DNA of 16,699 nt. Origin: an uncultured bacterium (lineage in GTDB: Bacteria; CSSED10-310; CAZUFC01). Each line of letters starts with the position of its first letter. The first letter of the stretch is position 1. The stretch spans positions 43,337-60,035 of the forward strand of contig CAZUFC010000044.1 in NCBI GenBank assembly GCA_964619725.1, given 5' to 3'. Shown here in pieces: positions 16,290 to 16,699 of the stretch. The position numbers were made by a program, and so were the translations under genes. The notes under the pieces are model-generated. The model was not told the DNA's origin. It was given only the letters and a program-made list of their open reading frames with translations, and did no database searches.

Positions 16290-16431
16290 GGGACTGATCA
16301 AGCCGGGGTAACATTTTTTCAAAACGTTATTACAGTTTTTTTTTCGATATAGGGGTCGGCAAAATCGCAATCGTAACAATATGATGGGATATTCGGAAGA
16401 AATGTAACCTCAAAAGACCCATTTTTGATCA
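16290..16431. mobile_element. MITE-like/REP-like element, copy 2 (inverted relative to copy 1, distal end eroded)
   Basis: 16290-16313 matches the 24-bp IR at 22/24; 16363-16409 matches the reverse complement of 73-119 at 41/47 ungapped; distal IR reduced to TGTAACC (16403-16409) and TTTGATCA (16424-16431). Confidence 0.75.
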
Positions 16432-16699
16432 ACGCCGGATTTTTTATCGAGTAGCTTCAGGATTACATGATGACATTGAGGAGAGACGCTGCCTTTTATA
16501 ATGAGGGAAGATGGAATCCGGGCGGTAGAAATTTCACTTTGTTTGTAAGGTGCAAAAATATAGTGTAATTTCACATCTCCTGACATTGACTGATAAAAAA
16601 TTGTGAAATGTTTGACGAAAAAAACTTTAGACGTTCGAAAAAACTCTTGTAAAACAAAGTCCCCCCGCCTGCGGGTCCGTTGATTAATCGAATATGGAA

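Noticed and set aside
177-16313. A 16.1-kb transposon bounded by TGT...ACA inverted ends (177-200 and 16290-16313)
   Set aside because: Similarity continues outside these ends, showing they belong to two copies of a small element; no direct target duplication, no transposase, and the interior holds housekeeping genes such as lptFG.
16207-16313. CRISPR array
   Set aside because: Units are 9 bp and contiguous with no unique spacers; no cas genes.
520-16314. The many 60-160 aa alternative-frame and antisense ORFs in the track
   Set aside because: They overlap well-supported genes, lack recognisable motifs, and the repetitive ones (15911-16261, 16035-16235, 16078-16314) are translations of the 9-bp array.

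Overview
A 16.7-kb chromosomal segment from a diderm (LPS-making) bacterium; no rRNA, tRNA, CRISPR array, transposase or integrase was recognised. A prolyl oligopeptidase (- strand) diverges from a long + strand run: a membrane-anchored PEGA/PQQ-type beta-propeller protein, a compact type II secretion/type IV filament cluster (atypical DUF4845-like pilin, GspG-like pilin, GspE/PilB ATPase, GspF/PilC, second GspG-like pilin; no secretin, prepilin peptidase or alignment genes in the window), a Thr-type sulfatase-like lipoprotein, an uncharacterised protein with a DnaD-like N-terminus followed by a Zn-finger DnaC/DnaI-like ATPase, LapA, a small membrane protein, a fused LptF-LptG permease, and a membrane protein with an anomalous 5' end. 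The most unusual signals are: (1) two diverged copies of a ~145-bp non-coding element with 24-bp terminal inverted repeats, inverted relative to each other at the two ends of the window and each just 3' of a gene in the same orientation relative to transcription; (2) a candidate DnaD-like + DnaI-like helicase-loader pair in a diderm housekeeping context; (3) a 9-bp GGGAC-containing tandem array that supplies the last gene's stop codon and abuts the second element. All family assignments are from motif recognition by eye, not database searches.
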